From positions 184,638,001 to 184,702,000 of the forward strand of contig NC_086097.1 in NCBI RefSeq assembly GCF_963921235.1: a stretch of 64,000 bases of DNA. The letters are read 5' to 3'. Position 1 is the first letter of the stretch. Every line of letters begins with the position of its first letter. This DNA comes from Mobula hypostoma (lineage: Eukaryota). The notes below the pieces were generated by a model. It was given only the letters and a program-made list of their open reading frames with translations. It was not told where the DNA came from and did no database searches. Position numbers and translations under genes: made by a program. Positions 62,448 to 64,000 of the stretch are shown one piece after another.

Positions 62448-64000
62448 ATTCAAGTACTTTGAGTGCTCTGTGCCAAAACACTTTCAGGTATTTCAATGTG
62501 ATCTGCTCAGTCACATACTGTACTGAGTGACAACATCTCACCATACATCTCCAAGTTGACCCGTGGTGCAATCAAAACAACTGTTAAATTTATCTGTGCA
62601 TGTATGTGCTGTTAATTCTTTTTTTCTGAGCACTTGTCTATATTGGTGTCCACTCTGTTTATTCACTTAATCATATTTAATTCCAAGGTGAATATCTACT
62701 AAGTTTTGAAGATAGAGTAGCCTTCACTGTCTACCAATCATTCCTGTTGATTTAGCAGATAGCAAATACTTTAGAAACATTTGTATAAATCCTACCAGCA
62801 GACAATAGTAATCAATGAATAACTTTCTATATAAATAGTGCTGAATCGTCATTGGGGGAGGAGATGGTGGGAGGGTGGGGGTAGTTAATCCTTCCTGCCA
62901 CATGCTACTTGTGTGAGCTTGACTAAAGTATTGAGCTTCAATTACAGTGTTCTGGCAATAATTCACCATTGTACATTGAGAGGTTATGATTTGCAAAGGT
63001 GAACACATCAGCTACACTCTCACAGTGTATTTTTGACACATGAGAGAATGTGTGCAATGAACACAATTCTGAAACTATTCTGGGACCCCAAAGCTTATGC
63101 CAATGAACCAAATTCTGTACCTTTACTCTATGAGATAAAAACTTAAGATTTACTGAATCTCAATTCCTGACTTGGAGCAAGATAACTAAAAATCCAATCT
63201 GGAACCAGGTCTAAGGAATCTAATTTAAAATTGTCAGGACTCATTTTACCCTCCACAGCTCAACCTGTTATCTCCAAACTAATTCCTAATGCTGACTTGA
63301 AATAAACTCTTTCTCAAATTCTGATGTTATTTTGAGATTGCTCTGTTCCTGGATTGAATTAGGTTGCTAACACCAACCCGAATATTAATGCTTAGTGGCA
63401 TCATAGTGGTTTTATCTGCTATGCCTTCAAGGGGAAACCTTGTCAGAAAATTGCATTGAAAACCATGTCTTTGATCATCAATTATTCTCAGAGAAGAAAG
63501 AAACATTATTAAATTAGATGGTTCTTAATTCAGTCCTTATTCTTATTCTGTCATACCTTAAAGATATTTCTGGATTATTTTGTCTTCATTTGAAATTACT
63601 TTTGTGGAAATGATAACATTATTGAATAAAAACATAACTTAGATAGTCCTCTGCATTCTGCATTACATTTATGTGAGAGCCCTAATATTATTTACATCTT
63701 CACCGTTTATAATTATCCTCGTTATTTTTTAAATGGACATATGGTTTGCACTGACTTCAGCAACAGGAAACAATAGGTTGACTTTCTGTGTACGTATTAC
63801 TAATGTATATACTCCTGTAAGCTAGTTTCTGGTGAGTAACACAGAGTGTGTGTAAAACATAATGTGCAAAATACAAATGGTGCATCTTGAATTTAGAGTT
63901 TTTTTAGTGGGCTGCCCCCATGTGCTCAACACATATGATCAAATACAGCATTCAGTGATGCAACACCTTCTTAATTTCTCCCTTTCTAGTGGAATTATCT

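Overview
Vertebrate, repeat-rich, apparently non-genic DNA. HE1/V-SINE-type SINEs, CR1 LINEs with an esterase ORF1, Neptune-type Penelope elements and Rex1/Babar LINEs point to a cartilaginous fish, probably a ray (inference). No host protein-coding exon could be supported. Main content: (1) about 250-7300 on the minus strand is a decayed, internally deleted endogenous foamy-like (spumaretrovirus) provirus. It shows a putative LTR, a Lys1,2-like PBS, gag with capsid and chromatin-binding motifs, PR/RT/RNase H/IN remnants, and an unrecognised accessory-type ORF where env should be. (2) Several Penelope-like retroelements (RT + GIY-YIG) occur in inverted, tandem and ultra-short forms, with 11-14 bp target duplications and minimal hammerhead-ribozyme motifs. 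(3) A Gypsy LTR retrotransposon (26659-47615) has its gag split by a ~15.9 kb nested stack of LINE and Penelope insertions. (4) There is also a chromodomain Gypsy fragment, a full-length but dead Tc1 transposon, many CR1/Rex fragments, and a repeat-poor block at about 50.5-56.3 kb. All alignments were done by eye against remembered family motifs; no database search was run.
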